Shown: piece by piece, positions 1 to 10,754 of the stretch
How positions within the stretch are numbered: the stretch's first letter is position 1
How the letters are laid out: the number at the start of each line of letters is the position of its first letter
DNA from: an uncultured delta proteobacterium
GTDB taxonomy: Bacteria; Desulfobacterota; Binatia; UBA9968
Direction of reading: 5' to 3'
Assembly: GCA_963745835.1 (NCBI GenBank)
Contig: CAVUZH010000019.1
Span: 224,001 to 288,000 of the forward strand
DNA length: 64,000 bases
Program-made: the position numbers and the translations under genes
The notes under the pieces: generated by a model
The model's input: the letters and a program-made list of their open reading frames with translations, nothing else
What the model was told of the DNA's origin: nothing
Databases searched by the model: none

Positions 1-868
1 TGGCAACCCTAGCTGAATTACAAAAAACCGTGAAGGGATTGGTGATGCCGATTCCGGCAGTATTCGATGGCAAGGGAGAACCGGACCTGCCGATGATGGC
101 AGAGCTAACCCAGTGGTATCTCGACACCGGTGTGCACGGATTTTTTATTCTCGGCTCGCAAGGCCAACGCCCCGCCACCACCATCGAACAACGCAAAGCA
201 ATTGTGAGTCGGTCGTGCGCCGCGTCAATAAACGGCTTCCCTGCATCGTTCAGATCGGCGCTGTCGAACCTTATATCAGCATCGAGCTCGGCCACCATGC
301 CAGAGAGATCGGCACCGACGGCGTTGGCATCGTTGGACCGTACTACTATAGCGATCGAAACGAATGGGAGATCATCGAGCATTTCAAGGCCGTCGCAAAG
401 AAGTCAACATGCCGATCCTGCTTTACAATAATCCCGAATACTCCGGTTATCCGATCCCGCCGGCGATGATGAAGAAAATGCGTGACGAGATGCCGAACAT
501 CTATGCCGCAAAGCTTGCCATGGGCAACATAGATTTGGCAGTCAATTACCTGCGCTTGCTGTCGCGCGACTTCGTCATCTTCATTCCAATCACGCAGATG
601 TTGCCCGGCATGCTGATCGGCGTCGCCGGCAGTATCGCCGCCGGCACCCCGTTACAGCTCCGGAAGCCGGCGTGCAATTGATCGAAGCGATCTGGGCCAA
701 GGATTTTAAAAGAGCGCAGAAAATACAAGTCTTGCTGCTCTCGAGGATGGCGAACGGATAGCGCTGTTGTCGGCGGAGCATATGACGCTTTACCAGGAGG
801 CCATGGAGCGCTTCCTCGACGAGCTCGCCACACTCACCCCGGCGCCAAAGAAAAAACTCGCGGTGTAG
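1..868 (+). CDS. DapA-family (dihydrodipicolinate synthase-like) class I aldolase; several frameshifts, start codon at the window edge
   Basis: Pieces in three frames: KGLVMPIPAVFD..HGFFILGSQG, CIVQIGA..DGVGIVGPYYY, PILLYNNPEY..IYAAKL (Tyr/Lys motifs); probable stop TAG at 866-868. Confidence 0.75.
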
Positions 869-921
869 AGCGCCAATCATCGATCGAGCGTAAAACTGGG
901 AAAGGCGAAAGGACTAGAGAA

Positions 922-2076
922 ATGGCTCGTCAGTACAAATGCATCTCCGGCGATGGACACATCGATCTCAACCCGGATATCTGGCGCGATCGTGTTCAAG
1001 CAAAGTATCGCGAGCGCGCGCCCAAGCGCGTGAAAATGCCCAACGGCTCGGACGCGGTCGTCATCGACGGCGGCAAGCCCAACACCATCGGTATCACTCG
1101 CAGCGTTCGCGTCGCTCACGCCGACCTTGCCAAGCAAGTGCCTACCTTTGAAACCTGTGCCGGCACGGGCACGCCGGAGCAACGACTCGCCGAACAGGAT
1201 CAGGACGGCATAGATTGCGAAATCCTTTTTTCGCAGATCACTTTCGTTCTGCGCCAGACCAAAGACGATGAGTTTTATAAAGATTGCATACGCGCTTATA
1301 ACGAATTTCTCGGCGAAGAGTATATGGCGCCAGCGCCGGATCGTTTGGTTTGCATGGGCACATTGCCCGCTACCGGCGTCGATGATGCGATTAAAGAAAT
1401 GGAACACTGCGCCAAGCTCGGCATAAAAGGCGTAAAGCTCGACCGCTATCCGAGCGGTAAAAGTTATCCGACGCCTGAAGACGACAAATTCTGGGCGGCG
1501 GCGCTCGAGATTGGCATGGCGCTCACCAACCATAACACCGGCACCATGGGGTCTGGGAAAGGCGAGCCCGATTATCTTTACCCGAAAACTCCAGGGCACG
1601 ACGTGCACCAGAAAGACGCCTTTAAATTTTTCACCCGCTTCACCAACGATGCCATGACCGGGACCCTGCAGATGGCCTTCGCCGGAGTGTGGGATCGCTT
1701 TCCCAAGCTGCAATTTTATTGGGCGGAAACCATGGTTGGGTGGTTGGAATATGGTCTGTGGCAAATCGACGATCATTACTGCCGCTACATTGGCATGATT
1801 CACGACAACTGGGGGCTCAGTAAATTGGACCGCGTCCCGAGCGAGTACATCAGAGACCGCAACTACTGGGGATTCCTTCACGATCCCGTCGGCGTCCGGC
1901 GTCGCGCTTGCATCGGCTATGACAAAATCATGTGGGGCACCGATTTCGCCCATGCCGCCAGCGAGTTTCCGAATTCACAAAAGCACTTGGAAGAAGACTT
2001 TAGAGGCGTGCCGGAAAATGAGAAGCACGCGATGACGGTGGACAACTGCGTTAAATATTTTCGCTTGAACGATTGA
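922..2076 (+). CDS. Amidohydrolase_2 family metallo-hydrolase/decarboxylase
   Basis: ISGDGH, RAYNEFL, MWGTDFAH motifs; 384 aa. Confidence 0.9.
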   Translation: MARQYKCISGDGHIDLNPDIWRDRVQAKYRERAPKRVKMPNGSDAVVIDGGKPNTIGITRSVRVAHADLAKQVPTFETCAGTGTPEQRLAEQDQDGIDCEILFSQITFVLRQTKDDEFYKDCIRAYNEFLGEEYMAPAPDRLVCMGTLPATGVDDAIKEMEHCAKLGIKGVKLDRYPSGKSYPTPEDDKFWAAALEIGMALTNHNTGTMGSGKGEPDYLYPKTPGHDVHQKDAFKFFTRFTNDAMTGTLQMAFAGVWDRFPKLQFYWAETMVGWLEYGLWQIDDHYCRYIGMIHDNWGLSKLDRVPSEYIRDRNYWGFLHDPVGVRRRACIGYDKIMWGTDFAHAASEFPNSQKHLEEDFRGVPENEKHAMTVDNCVKYFRLND

Positions 2077-2150
2077 ATCCAAACGACTGGAACTGCTGAA
2101 ACAACTGAAACTGTTCCAATAATTCCAACGGTTCCAATCGTTCCAATCGA
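2066..2150. repeat. Intergenic 9-mer tandem repeats (GTTCCAATC-like) in inverted arrangement
   Basis: ggaactgctgaaacaactgaaact followed by gttccaata attccaacg gttccaatc gttccaatc. Confidence 0.7.
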
Positions 2151-2185
2151 CTCGGAAGGTTTGCTGCGGTTGTAGGAGTCACTTA

Positions 2186-3208
2186 ATGAGCGATGTAGGA
2201 ACGACGCACGAAGATCTCGAGCGCTTTCTCGCCGAGCATCATCTGGTCGGCGCTGGCCTCAAACGTGACGGGCGCGCCGCGCCGCGCCAGGGAAACACGA
2301 CTGCGCACTGGGAGTGGGATGGGATTTACCGCGGCCTAATGCGCTCGGGCGAGATCGTCACGGTCGGTCCGAACGGCATGACCGGCATGCGCTCGGTCGT
2401 CGGTATCGAAGCGCGTAAGTTTCCGATCTGGATGAACGCGCAGATCCTTATGCCCGGTGAGCGCACCCAGGCGCATCGCAACTTGCGCAGCGAAACTCGC
2501 CTGGTCTGCCAGGCGCCGAAGAATGCTGTTTTCGTGTGCGAGTATGAAGCCTACCCCATGGAGCGGGGCGACGTGGTGATCAGCCCCGCCTGGACATTCC
2601 ACGATCATTGGAACCAAGACACGACGCCCGCGATCTGGATTGACGGTTACGATAACGGCTACAACCCCAATGTAAACATCAACGAGCGCATGCCCAACGA
2701 TGAGCCTTACGAAGAGATAAAAAAGCCGCCGGCGTACGGCCAACGCACGCTTGGGCTGGCGCGTCCCCTATCCAACGCTACACCGTTTCCACTGCCGCCG
2801 GTGCGCTATCCGTGGGCCGATACCCATGCGGCGTTGACGGCGCTTAGCGAAAACGGCGAGAGGGATCTTTATGATGGAATCATGATCATGCTCGCTAGCC
2901 CGGTGGACGGTGGACCGACCTTGCCGACGATTGCCTGGCAAGCTCAGCTATTATCAACGAAACAAAAAACCCTGCCGCACCGGCACAACAGCACCACCTT
3001 CTATTTCGCCTTCGAGGGTGAAGGCGCGGTGGTCATCGAAAACGAGCGCCTCCAGTATCATCAGGGCGATATCTTCGCTGTGCCCGCCTGGACCTGGCAC
3101 CACCACGAAAACACCAACGACAAAGACACGATTCTCTTTTCCATCGATGACTGGCCCGCCATGACAAAGCTCGGTTTCTACATGAAGGAAGAAGCCAAGG
3201 GATTTTGA
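2186..3208 (+). CDS. Bicupin, gentisate 1,2-dioxygenase-like
   Basis: QAHRN, PAWTFHDH, PHRHNS, VPAWTWHHH cupin motifs; YPW motif. Confidence 0.85.
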   Translation: MSDVGTTHEDLERFLAEHHLVGAGLKRDGRAAPRQGNTTAHWEWDGIYRGLMRSGEIVTVGPNGMTGMRSVVGIEARKFPIWMNAQILMPGERTQAHRNLRSETRLVCQAPKNAVFVCEYEAYPMERGDVVISPAWTFHDHWNQDTTPAIWIDGYDNGYNPNVNINERMPNDEPYEEIKKPPAYGQRTLGLARPLSNATPFPLPPVRYPWADTHAALTALSENGERDLYDGIMIMLASPVDGGPTLPTIAWQAQLLSTKQKTLPHRHNSTTFYFAFEGEGAVVIENERLQYHQGDIFAVPAWTWHHHENTNDKDTILFSIDDWPAMTKLGFYMKEEAKGF

Positions 3209-3335
3209 AAGCCGGCCACAGTTAAGATCAGTTGCCCATCGGGGAGGGGCCGGTTTGAAACCTGGCCTCCGTCATTCAGATGTTCACAGTTTCCCCTAGA
3301 GTCCTGAACCAGTTTCGTATAAGAGAAACAGCACC

Positions 3336-4511
3336 ATGAGCCTTGCCGCATCCAAGCCGACTGTTTCTGCGGCTCCTGCCAAAGTCGCCGTGCGTCTGGC
3401 GGCGTTGTGGAAAACCTATCCCGGTGGCGCAAGCCCTGCGGTCAAGGATCTTTCCCTCGACGTACTGCACGGCGAGATAGTCACTCTGCTTGGTCCGAGC
3501 GGCTGCGGCAAGACCACGACATTGCGCATGGTCGCGGGGTTGGAGACCCCCGACGCCGGCGATATTTTTTTCGGCGAGCAAGCGGTCGTTATCAGCTCGC
3601 GGCGAATCTCTCTGCCGCCCAATAAGCGCAACGTCGGAATGGTCTTTCAATCCTACGCCATCTGGCCGCACATGACGGTGGCGCAGAACGTCGCCTTCCC
3701 CCTCAAAGCACGCAGATTTCCGAAGAATGAAATCAAAGATCGCGTGCTGCGCGCGCTCGATCTCGTCGGCCTGACGGGATACGAAGATCGCCCGGGCCCG
3801 CTCCTGAGCGGCGGCCAGCAACAGCGAGTCGCGTTTGCCCGCGCGCTGGTTACCGAGCCGCGCGTTCTGCTGCTCGACGAACCCTTCAGCAATCTGGACG
3901 CCAAGCTGCGCGAGCAGATGCGCATTAGCGTGAAGCTCTTACAAAAACGGCTTCACATTGCGATGTTGTTTGTCACCCACGATCAGATCGAAGCGCTGAG
4001 CCTGTCGAACCGCATCGCACTGATGAATTTCGGAGTCGTGCAGCAACAAGGCGATCCGCGCCTGCTTTACGAAAAGCCCGTCAATGAATTCGTGCGCGAC
4101 TTCGTCGGCAGGACCTTGCTCTTCAAAGGCACAGTGCAAACCAGCAATCCGTCCGGGCAGATGGCGATTGCACTCGCCGGTGCGCGCGACTGCGTCGTCT
4201 TCGGACGCTGCTACAACCCGGGCGGCATGAAGAATGGCGCATCGGTGTATATTGGCGTTCGTCCCGAAGATATCGACATTCAGGCTGCGCTCGGCGCCGA
4301 CGCCCCCGCAGGCATGATCGGCGGCATAACCCAGGCCGCCCTTTTCGTCGGCGAGCGCATCGAGTATCAGGTGGAGGTCGACGGCCAGGGAATCATCATG
4401 ATCTACGGCGAACGCCACAAGCCGGTCGATGAAGGCAGTAAAGTATGGTTGAAGCTCCGCCCCGAAGGCCACACGGCCTGGCCATCGGATTGGTCGCACA
4501 AAGAAGAGTGA
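3336..4511 (+). CDS. ABC transporter ATP-binding protein (PotA/FbpC-like, TOBE C-terminus)
   Basis: GPSGCGKT, LSGGQQQR, LLLDEP. Confidence 0.95.
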   Translation: MSLAASKPTVSAAPAKVAVRLAALWKTYPGGASPAVKDLSLDVLHGEIVTLLGPSGCGKTTTLRMVAGLETPDAGDIFFGEQAVVISSRRISLPPNKRNVGMVFQSYAIWPHMTVAQNVAFPLKARRFPKNEIKDRVLRALDLVGLTGYEDRPGPLLSGGQQQRVAFARALVTEPRVLLLDEPFSNLDAKLREQMRISVKLLQKRLHIAMLFVTHDQIEALSLSNRIALMNFGVVQQQGDPRLLYEKPVNEFVRDFVGRTLLFKGTVQTSNPSGQMAIALAGARDCVVFGRCYNPGGMKNGASVYIGVRPEDIDIQAALGADAPAGMIGGITQAALFVGERIEYQVEVDGQGIIMIYGERHKPVDEGSKVWLKLRPEGHTAWPSDWSHKEE

Positions 4512-4566
4512 TTGGCTTTGGGTATGCCACAGGCCCAAGGTAATCGGAATCTTTGGAGGAAGACTC

Positions 4567-5790
4567 ATGCTGGATAATCACGCGCAAAGACACCACCGAA
4601 ACCTCGATACAAGGATTGGGAGTGTCGCGGGGCGTTGCCTTACCCGCCTGCTCGTTTTGCTGCTGCTTTTCTTTTTCAGAGCGCCTGCGGCATTTGACGC
4701 AGCCGCGCCGCAAGCATCCACCAATTTCGAGCAGGAATGGGCGAAGCTGATCGCTGCCGCCAAGCAAGAAGGCACGCTTTCGGTCGCTTCCGGAGGCGCT
4801 CCCTCGCGTCAGTACCGGCCAGTAATGGATGCCTTTACCAAGAAGTTCGGCATCAACGTCGAAGTGTCCACCGGCAATGCCATCGACACGGTCAATCGCG
4901 TGCTCGCCGAACGTAAAGCCGGCAGATACACCGTCGACGTGGCTTTGATCAGCGTGCGCGAAAACCAGCAACGGCTGGTGCCCTCGGAATCTGTGATGCC
5001 TTTTGCGCCATTGCTGATTCATCCCGAAGTAGTGAACACTTCGCTTTGGTATGGCGGCAGGCATTGGTACGGCGACAAAGATTCAAAGTTCGCTTTTATC
5101 TATCATGCGGCGGTCGAGGACCAGTACGAAGTCTGGTACAACAGCGACAAGCTCAAAGAAGTCGACATCCTCAGCGTCAAGAAACAAACCGACATCTTCG
5201 ACCCGCGTTGGAAGGGCAAAATCCAGGGCCAGGGAATGGGCGATCCATCCGGGATTCGCCAGATGATCGATTCCTACTTCGAGCCGGACCGCGGTCCGGA
5301 TTGGGTTAAAACCTATCTCACCAGCGCCGGCGTAACCTTCTCCGACGACCGCAGAATTTTGGAGACCTGGCTGGTCGGCGGCCGATTTTCCGTGCAGTTC
5401 GTCTCCACCGCCGAGGAAGAGCTGCGCGCATTGGCCAAGAAGGGTTTACCAGTCAAGCAGGTGTTCTTACCCAAAGAGGCGGGCATGATCCGGGCCGCGG
5501 GATCCGGCTGCTGCATCTCTGCTTTCGCCAACCCGCCCCATCCAAACGCGGCGAAACTCTTCGTCAACTGGTTCCTGTCCAAGGAAGGCCAAACGCTCAC
5601 CCACATGATGATTCCCAATATCGACCGCTCATCGTTGCGCACTGACGTGCCAGTCGGCCAAGTGGTCGCCGATCAACAACGCAAGCCCGGCAAGCAGTAT
5701 ACCTTCCCCGACGCCGAGCCCGGCATCGGCGCCAAGCACGAAGAAGCTCAGAAGTGGATCTTCAAGATCTGGGAGTCGAGGCAGAAGTAA
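4567..5790 (+). CDS. ABC transporter periplasmic binding protein (Fe3+/FbpA-AfuA-like)
   Basis: Signal peptide; AAAKQEG; PHPNAAKLFVNWFLSKEGQ. Confidence 0.9.
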   Translation: MLDNHAQRHHRNLDTRIGSVAGRCLTRLLVLLLLFFFRAPAAFDAAAPQASTNFEQEWAKLIAAAKQEGTLSVASGGAPSRQYRPVMDAFTKKFGINVEVSTGNAIDTVNRVLAERKAGRYTVDVALISVRENQQRLVPSESVMPFAPLLIHPEVVNTSLWYGGRHWYGDKDSKFAFIYHAAVEDQYEVWYNSDKLKEVDILSVKKQTDIFDPRWKGKIQGQGMGDPSGIRQMIDSYFEPDRGPDWVKTYLTSAGVTFSDDRRILETWLVGGRFSVQFVSTAEEELRALAKKGLPVKQVFLPKEAGMIRAAGSGCCISAFANPPHPNAAKLFVNWFLSKEGQTLTHMMIPNIDRSSLRTDVPVGQVVADQQRKPGKQYTFPDAEPGIGAKHEEAQKWIFKIWESRQK

Positions 5791-5797
5791 AACTCCT

Positions 5798-5888
5798 GTT
5801 CCAAATGTTCCAATCGTTTCAAACGTTCCAATTGTTAGCCCGATAAACTGCATCGATCAAAACACCTGAACATTGGATTGGAACTATT
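5798..5888. repeat. 9-mer GTTCCAA tandem repeats between the binding protein and permease genes
   Basis: gttccaaat gttccaatc gtttcaaac gttccaatt, with an inverted ttggaact downstream. Confidence 0.65.
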
Positions 5889-5891
5889 TAA

Positions 5892-7694
5892 TTGCCCGTG
5901 GACCAATCCCCCACCCTAGAGCAATTGACCATCGCGCGACGCGCAGTGGCGCCGCGCCTGACCAAGGGCCACCTCATCATGGCCGTGGTCCTCATCTCGC
6001 TCGGCTATTTTCTCATCTGGCCGGTGCTCATTCTGTTAATCAACAGTTTCAACGCCGCCAATGACTGGTTTGTCGAGCCACGGCGGTGGGGAGTAGATCA
6101 TTGGATCAACGCCTTTCACCGGCCCGGCCTGCTCACTTCGCTGGGCAACTCATTGCTCGTCTGGTCCTTGACCGTCACCATCAGCTTTCCCCTCGGCGTC
6201 GCCATCGCCTGGCTGCTGGCGCGCACCAAAATTCCCTTCAGCCACACGTTGGAATTTCTTTTCTGGGTTTCTTACATGGTGCCGGCGCTGCCCACGACGA
6301 TCGCCTGGATTACCTTGCTCGATCCCGATATCGGCGTGATCAACGTCGGATTGAAGAATGTTTTTCACTTGGAGCACGGACCGTTCAATATTTTCAGCGT
6401 GCCGGGGATCGTCTGGGCCAACTTGATGGGCCACGGCATCTCGATCAAAGTCATGCTCTTGACCCCGGCGTTCCGCAACATGGATTCCACCCTCGAGGAA
6501 GCCGCCCGCGTCGGCGGCGCAAGCAATTTAAGAACGCTTTTCAGAGTCACCCTACCGCTGATGATCTCGCCAATGATGATGGTTTTCGCCCTGCAGCTGC
6601 TGCGCGTATTTCAATCGTTTGAAACGGAATACCTGCTCGGCATGCCCTTCGGTTTCTTCGTCTATTCGACCAAGATTTTCGCCTTGGTGCGAAACCAGAT
6701 TCCCAACTATGGCGAGGCCACCGTGCTGGCGAGCCTCACGTTGCTGATGATTGCCTTGATCATTCCGCTCCAGCGCTGGATTTTACAGCGGCGCCGCTAC
6801 ACCACGATCACCGGCAGCTTTCGTCCCGGCCTGATCGATCTCGGTCGATGGAACTACGTTACCTTCGGCGCGATCGCCTTGTTGCTCGCGCTCTTGACGG
6901 TGGGGCCGTTGGCGATCCTGGTGCTGGGTAGCTTCATGCAGCGGATCGGCTACTTCGTCTTGGGATATACCCTCGATCACTGGCGCTTCGTATTGAGCGA
7001 TCCGGTGTTCGTCAAGGCATTGCGGACGACCCTGATACTGGCCGTGACAGCGGCGGTTTGCAGCCCGCTCATCTTCTCGGTGCTCGCTTATATTCTGGTG
7101 CGCAGCCGTTTGCCCGGACGGGGCGCGCTGGATCTGATGATCTGGAGTGCCGGCGCCATTCCCGGCATTCTCGCAGGGCTCGGCCTGTTATGGGTTTTCA
7201 TCGGCACGCCCGGACTGAACTTTCTGTTCGGCACTATCTGGGCGCTGATCATCGTCGTCATCCTGCAAGGCAAGACCACCGGCGTCAACATCATGAAGGG
7301 CGTGCTAGTGCAAGTAGGCGCCGACATGGAAGAGGCTGCGCGTGTCTCCGGCGCCGGCTGGATCAGAACCTATTGCCGCATCTGGCTGCCGCTCTTGATG
7401 CCTACCCTGATTTTGCTGGCGGTGATGAATTTCGTCAGCGCCGCGGGCGCCACCAGCAGCATTATTTTGCTTGCTTCCCGCGACACCATGACGCTCTCGC
7501 TGATGGCATTGGAGTTGTCTTCCGCGGCGGTCAGCAATCGCGAAGCCGCGAGCATCATCAGCATTTTTATAATTCTGTTTACCGTCGCCGGCGCTCTTGT
7601 CGTCCGCTATTTCGGTGCCCGCCTGGGGGTTCGCCACGACATGCATGCTATTGAAGGCGCTCCACAAGCGGCCCTTCAGATGCGAAATCAGTAG
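5892..7694 (+). CDS. ABC transporter permease (FbpB-type, two TMDs fused)
   Basis: Multiple TM helices; two EAA motifs (LEEAARVGGA, MEEAARVSGA). Confidence 0.92.
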   Translation: MPVDQSPTLEQLTIARRAVAPRLTKGHLIMAVVLISLGYFLIWPVLILLINSFNAANDWFVEPRRWGVDHWINAFHRPGLLTSLGNSLLVWSLTVTISFPLGVAIAWLLARTKIPFSHTLEFLFWVSYMVPALPTTIAWITLLDPDIGVINVGLKNVFHLEHGPFNIFSVPGIVWANLMGHGISIKVMLLTPAFRNMDSTLEEAARVGGASNLRTLFRVTLPLMISPMMMVFALQLLRVFQSFETEYLLGMPFGFFVYSTKIFALVRNQIPNYGEATVLASLTLLMIALIIPLQRWILQRRRYTTITGSFRPGLIDLGRWNYVTFGAIALLLALLTVGPLAILVLGSFMQRIGYFVLGYTLDHWRFVLSDPVFVKALRTTLILAVTAAVCSPLIFSVLAYILVRSRLPGRGALDLMIWSAGAIPGILAGLGLLWVFIGTPGLNFLFGTIWALIIVVILQGKTTGVNIMKGVLVQVGADMEEAARVSGAGWIRTYCRIWLPLLMPTLILLAVMNFVSAAGATSSIILLASRDTMTLSLMALELSSAAVSNREAASIISIFIILFTVAGALVVRYFGARLGVRHDMHAIEGAPQAALQMRNQ

Positions 7695-7842
7695 GGTGCT
7701 CCCAGCTGTAAAACTGTGCTTGCTACTCTCGAAAAGCGCTTCCGGTTTCTGTTTACAAGCAACCGCAATCAGGAGTAGTATCCGGCGCAAATGGTGGGAA
7801 TTTTATCGTTGCTAATTTCGCTTTCTGCTCGCCTCGACTGCC

Positions 7843-8811
7843 TTGGCTAATCCTTATCTGGCCAAACCAGGGGAAAAGCCTCTTTCAATGCGCGTATCCA
7901 CGTGCGCGGTGTCCGGCGGTTTCGTGCACCTCTACACCGCGCTGGACAATGGCCTATTCGACAAATACGGCATCAAGCTCGAGAATATTTTTATCCGCGG
8001 CAGCGCTCAGAATCTCACCGCTCTTGCCACTGACGAAGTCCAGTTCACCTACTGCGCCTCGGACGCGATCATCCCAGGTATGGCAGCCGGCATAGACGTG
8101 AAAATCGTTGCCTCGCCTCTGGTAAAGCTGCCTTACGTGCTGGTCACTCGCAAAGAAGTCAGGCGGCCTGAGGATCTCACAGGGAAAGCGCTCGGCATCG
8201 CGCGCGCCGGCGACCTGAGCGACCGCTTGTCGCGGGCAGTCGTGAAAAGATTAGGCCTAGCGCCTGAGGCCGTGACGATCCGGCCCATCGGCGGCAGCCA
8301 AGGCGAGCGCTACCAGGCGATGGCTGCAGGGATCGTCCATGGCGTGATCATCACGCCGCCCCTGGACGTCCGCGCTAAGAACGAGGGCTACAACGTCATG
8401 TTCCGCTTGATCGAGTTGAACATCCCGTTCATCTATAGCTCGCTCCATACCAGTCATAAAATGCTGCGCGAGCGTCCCGACATTGTCCAGCGCATGGTCG
8501 CGGCCTTCGCTGAAATTATCCATTTCGTCGAAAAAAATCCCGATAAAGCCAAAGCCTCCATCGGCAAAGCCATGCGCACGAAAGATCCGGAGGCGCTGCA
8601 GTCCGCCTATGACGTCTACGCCAGGGAGATTCTCGATCGCACGATGGTAGTTCCCGGTAGAGCGGTGGCCGATACCATCGAGCTCACCCGCGAAAGCGGT
8701 GCGCCTGTCAGAAGGAAAGCGGAAGAAATCTACGACAACAGTTTTGTGAACAATCTGGAGAAAAGCGGGTTTTTAAAAGAGATCTGGGGTAGCGAGAACT
8801 ACAAGCGTTGA
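7843..8811 (+). CDS. NMT1/SsuA-type substrate-binding protein; true start and signal peptide probably upstream (~7780-7800) across a frameshift
   Basis: GLFDKYGI, DLTGKALGI; in-frame LLASTALA precedes the annotated start. Confidence 0.85.
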   Translation: MANPYLAKPGEKPLSMRVSTCAVSGGFVHLYTALDNGLFDKYGIKLENIFIRGSAQNLTALATDEVQFTYCASDAIIPGMAAGIDVKIVASPLVKLPYVLVTRKEVRRPEDLTGKALGIARAGDLSDRLSRAVVKRLGLAPEAVTIRPIGGSQGERYQAMAAGIVHGVIITPPLDVRAKNEGYNVMFRLIELNIPFIYSSLHTSHKMLRERPDIVQRMVAAFAEIIHFVEKNPDKAKASIGKAMRTKDPEALQSAYDVYAREILDRTMVVPGRAVADTIELTRESGAPVRRKAEEIYDNSFVNNLEKSGFLKEIWGSENYKR

Positions 8812-8938
8812 TCCAGCCGATCTCGACGCGCCCGCATTGCAGCGCTAGTTGTTTCAGTTGGTAGAAGTTTTACCTGTAGCTTCTATCTTGAGGGTGCCGT
8901 CGCAGTAACGATTATTCCCCGGATCCCGGCATCGGCGC

Positions 8939-9265
8939 TCACTTTTGCACTTCAAGCGCATTAATGACGCTTTGCACACCGGGCGCATTCCACGCGATCT
9001 TGACCGCCTGCTGACGTGCATCCAACGACTGCACCGTTCCGCTGAGGTAGACTGTCCCTCTGCTCGATACCACCTTGACTCCGGTCAAATCCACTTTCTT
9101 ATCGGCGAGAAGTCTATCCCGCACCGACTTCGACAACGCTTCGTCTTGGGGAGTTTGCGCAGTCGGGATTTCCACGGTAGCTTCGCTTCTCATCATTTGA
9201 CAACCCGAAACAAACGGTAGAATTGAGACCGCGGCGGCGAACGCAAAGTGACCGGCGATTTTCAT
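8939..9265 (-). CDS. BON-domain (OsmY-like) lipoprotein
   Basis: Lipobox VSGC; GTVYLSGTV..APGVQSVINAL. Confidence 0.9.
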   Translation of the reverse strand: MKIAGHFAFAAAVSILPFVSGCQMMRSEATVEIPTAQTPQDEALSKSVRDRLLADKKVDLTGVKVVSSRGTVYLSGTVQSLDARQQAVKIAWNAPGVQSVINALEVQK

Positions 9266-9620
9266 AGCTTCTCTTTATCACATGCAGAAATTTTAGCGTA
9301 GCTTTAGTGGATCACTAGGCTATTACATATCAAAGGGCTTAAACGTGAGAACGAAGCATCGAGTGTGAATCAAGCGGATTGCCATCGACATCCCAACAAA
9401 GATTGCCCATCTGTTCCGTAAGTCCGATGTGGCGCGAGTAGAGAACAGTGTCCGAATTGATAGCACTAACAGTTCATGAGAAGGTTTTTTACCACTTCGG
9501 AACGTAGCAAAAAACATAGGGCATGATTCTCATACTGATCGGCTTGAAGGATTTGAAGCTCAAACTTGATCGGTCACTCGCAACGAAATTATGCCGAGTA
9601 GCTCGAGAATAGAGAATTCG

Positions 9621-10592
9621 ATGATTGAAATGGAATCGCCAGTGCAGCCTAAGCTGCCGATCTGCGACGCGCATCATCATCTCTGGGAACGGCCACCGAG
9701 CGGCTATATGCTCGACGATTTGCTGCAAGATTTGCGCGCCGGGCATAATATTGTCTCGACTGTGGCGGTTGAATGCCGCTACGGTTATCGCAGGGACGGC
9801 GCGGAAGAATTAAAGCCGGTTGGCGAAGTCGAATTTCTCGAAAGCATAGCCAATCGAGTTGCCACTGATCCGACGATCTCACCTCGCGTTGCCGCCGCGA
9901 TCGTTGGACATGCAAATCTCCTTTTGGGCGACGCCGTCGCGCCGGTACTCGAAGGGCACATGGCAGCCAGTCCGCGCCGGTTCCGCGGCATTCGTCACTC
10001 GACCACATGGGATGCGAGCGATGCGTTGCGCAGCGAAGCGCCACGAGGGCTACTTGGCGATGGCAAGTTTCGCCAGGGCTTTGGTTGGCTTGCAAAGTGG
10101 GGCCTCAGCTTTGATGCGTGGGTATATCACCCACAACTGACGGAGGTTGCAGAGCTGGCGCGAGCGTTTCCGTCTGTGCCGATCATACTGAATCATATTG
10201 GCGCGCCGCTTGGGGTGGGCCCGTATGCCGGGAAGCGCGCTGAAGTTTTTCAGCTCTGGAGCAGCGGCATCGTCCAACTTGCCAAATGTCCCAACGTGGT
10301 GGTGAAATTGGGCGGCGTCGGTTCAACGCGTTCCGGTTACAACTGGCATGAGCGGGCGGTCAAGCCGTCATCGCAAGAGCTAGCGAAAACTCTACAACCG
10401 TACTTCGAGCATTGCATCGAGAAATTCGGTGTTGATCGCTGCCTGTTCGAGAGCAACTTCCCAGTGGAAAAACTTGCCAACACCTATGTCAATCTTTGGA
10501 ACGCCTTTAAGCGCATGACGGAAAGTTACACTATCGCTGAACGAGCGGCGCTATTTCATGACACAGCCGCGCGAGTTTACTGCATTGGCTAA
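9621..10592 (+). CDS. Amidohydrolase_2 family (lactonase-like)
   Basis: ICDAHHHLW, FRGIRH, ILNHIG, FESNFP. Confidence 0.9.
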   Translation: MIEMESPVQPKLPICDAHHHLWERPPSGYMLDDLLQDLRAGHNIVSTVAVECRYGYRRDGAEELKPVGEVEFLESIANRVATDPTISPRVAAAIVGHANLLLGDAVAPVLEGHMAASPRRFRGIRHSTTWDASDALRSEAPRGLLGDGKFRQGFGWLAKWGLSFDAWVYHPQLTEVAELARAFPSVPIILNHIGAPLGVGPYAGKRAEVFQLWSSGIVQLAKCPNVVVKLGGVGSTRSGYNWHERAVKPSSQELAKTLQPYFEHCIEKFGVDRCLFESNFPVEKLANTYVNLWNAFKRMTESYTIAERAALFHDTAARVYCIG

Positions 10593-10754
10593 CCCCCTGA
10601 AGTCGTGTTTAGTTAACCAGGGTCTCGAGGAGTTCGTTTGTTCGTTGCTCGACAATAATGAACTCAACTGACGCGCCACCTCGTCAGCCGTACTCCGGCA
10701 CTTACCATAATTTGCCCAATGTAGTATGGAAACGGTCAAGACCAGGCCAACTGA

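Noticed and set aside
877-1953. Long antisense ORFs (also 25076-26233, 35834-36757, 19450-20175)
   Set aside because: Shadows of well-supported genes on the opposite strand; no recognisable motifs.
2066-2150. Possible CRISPR array from GTTCCAAT repeats
   Set aside because: Units are 9 bp and tandem, with no unique 30-40 bp spacers; no cas genes in the window.
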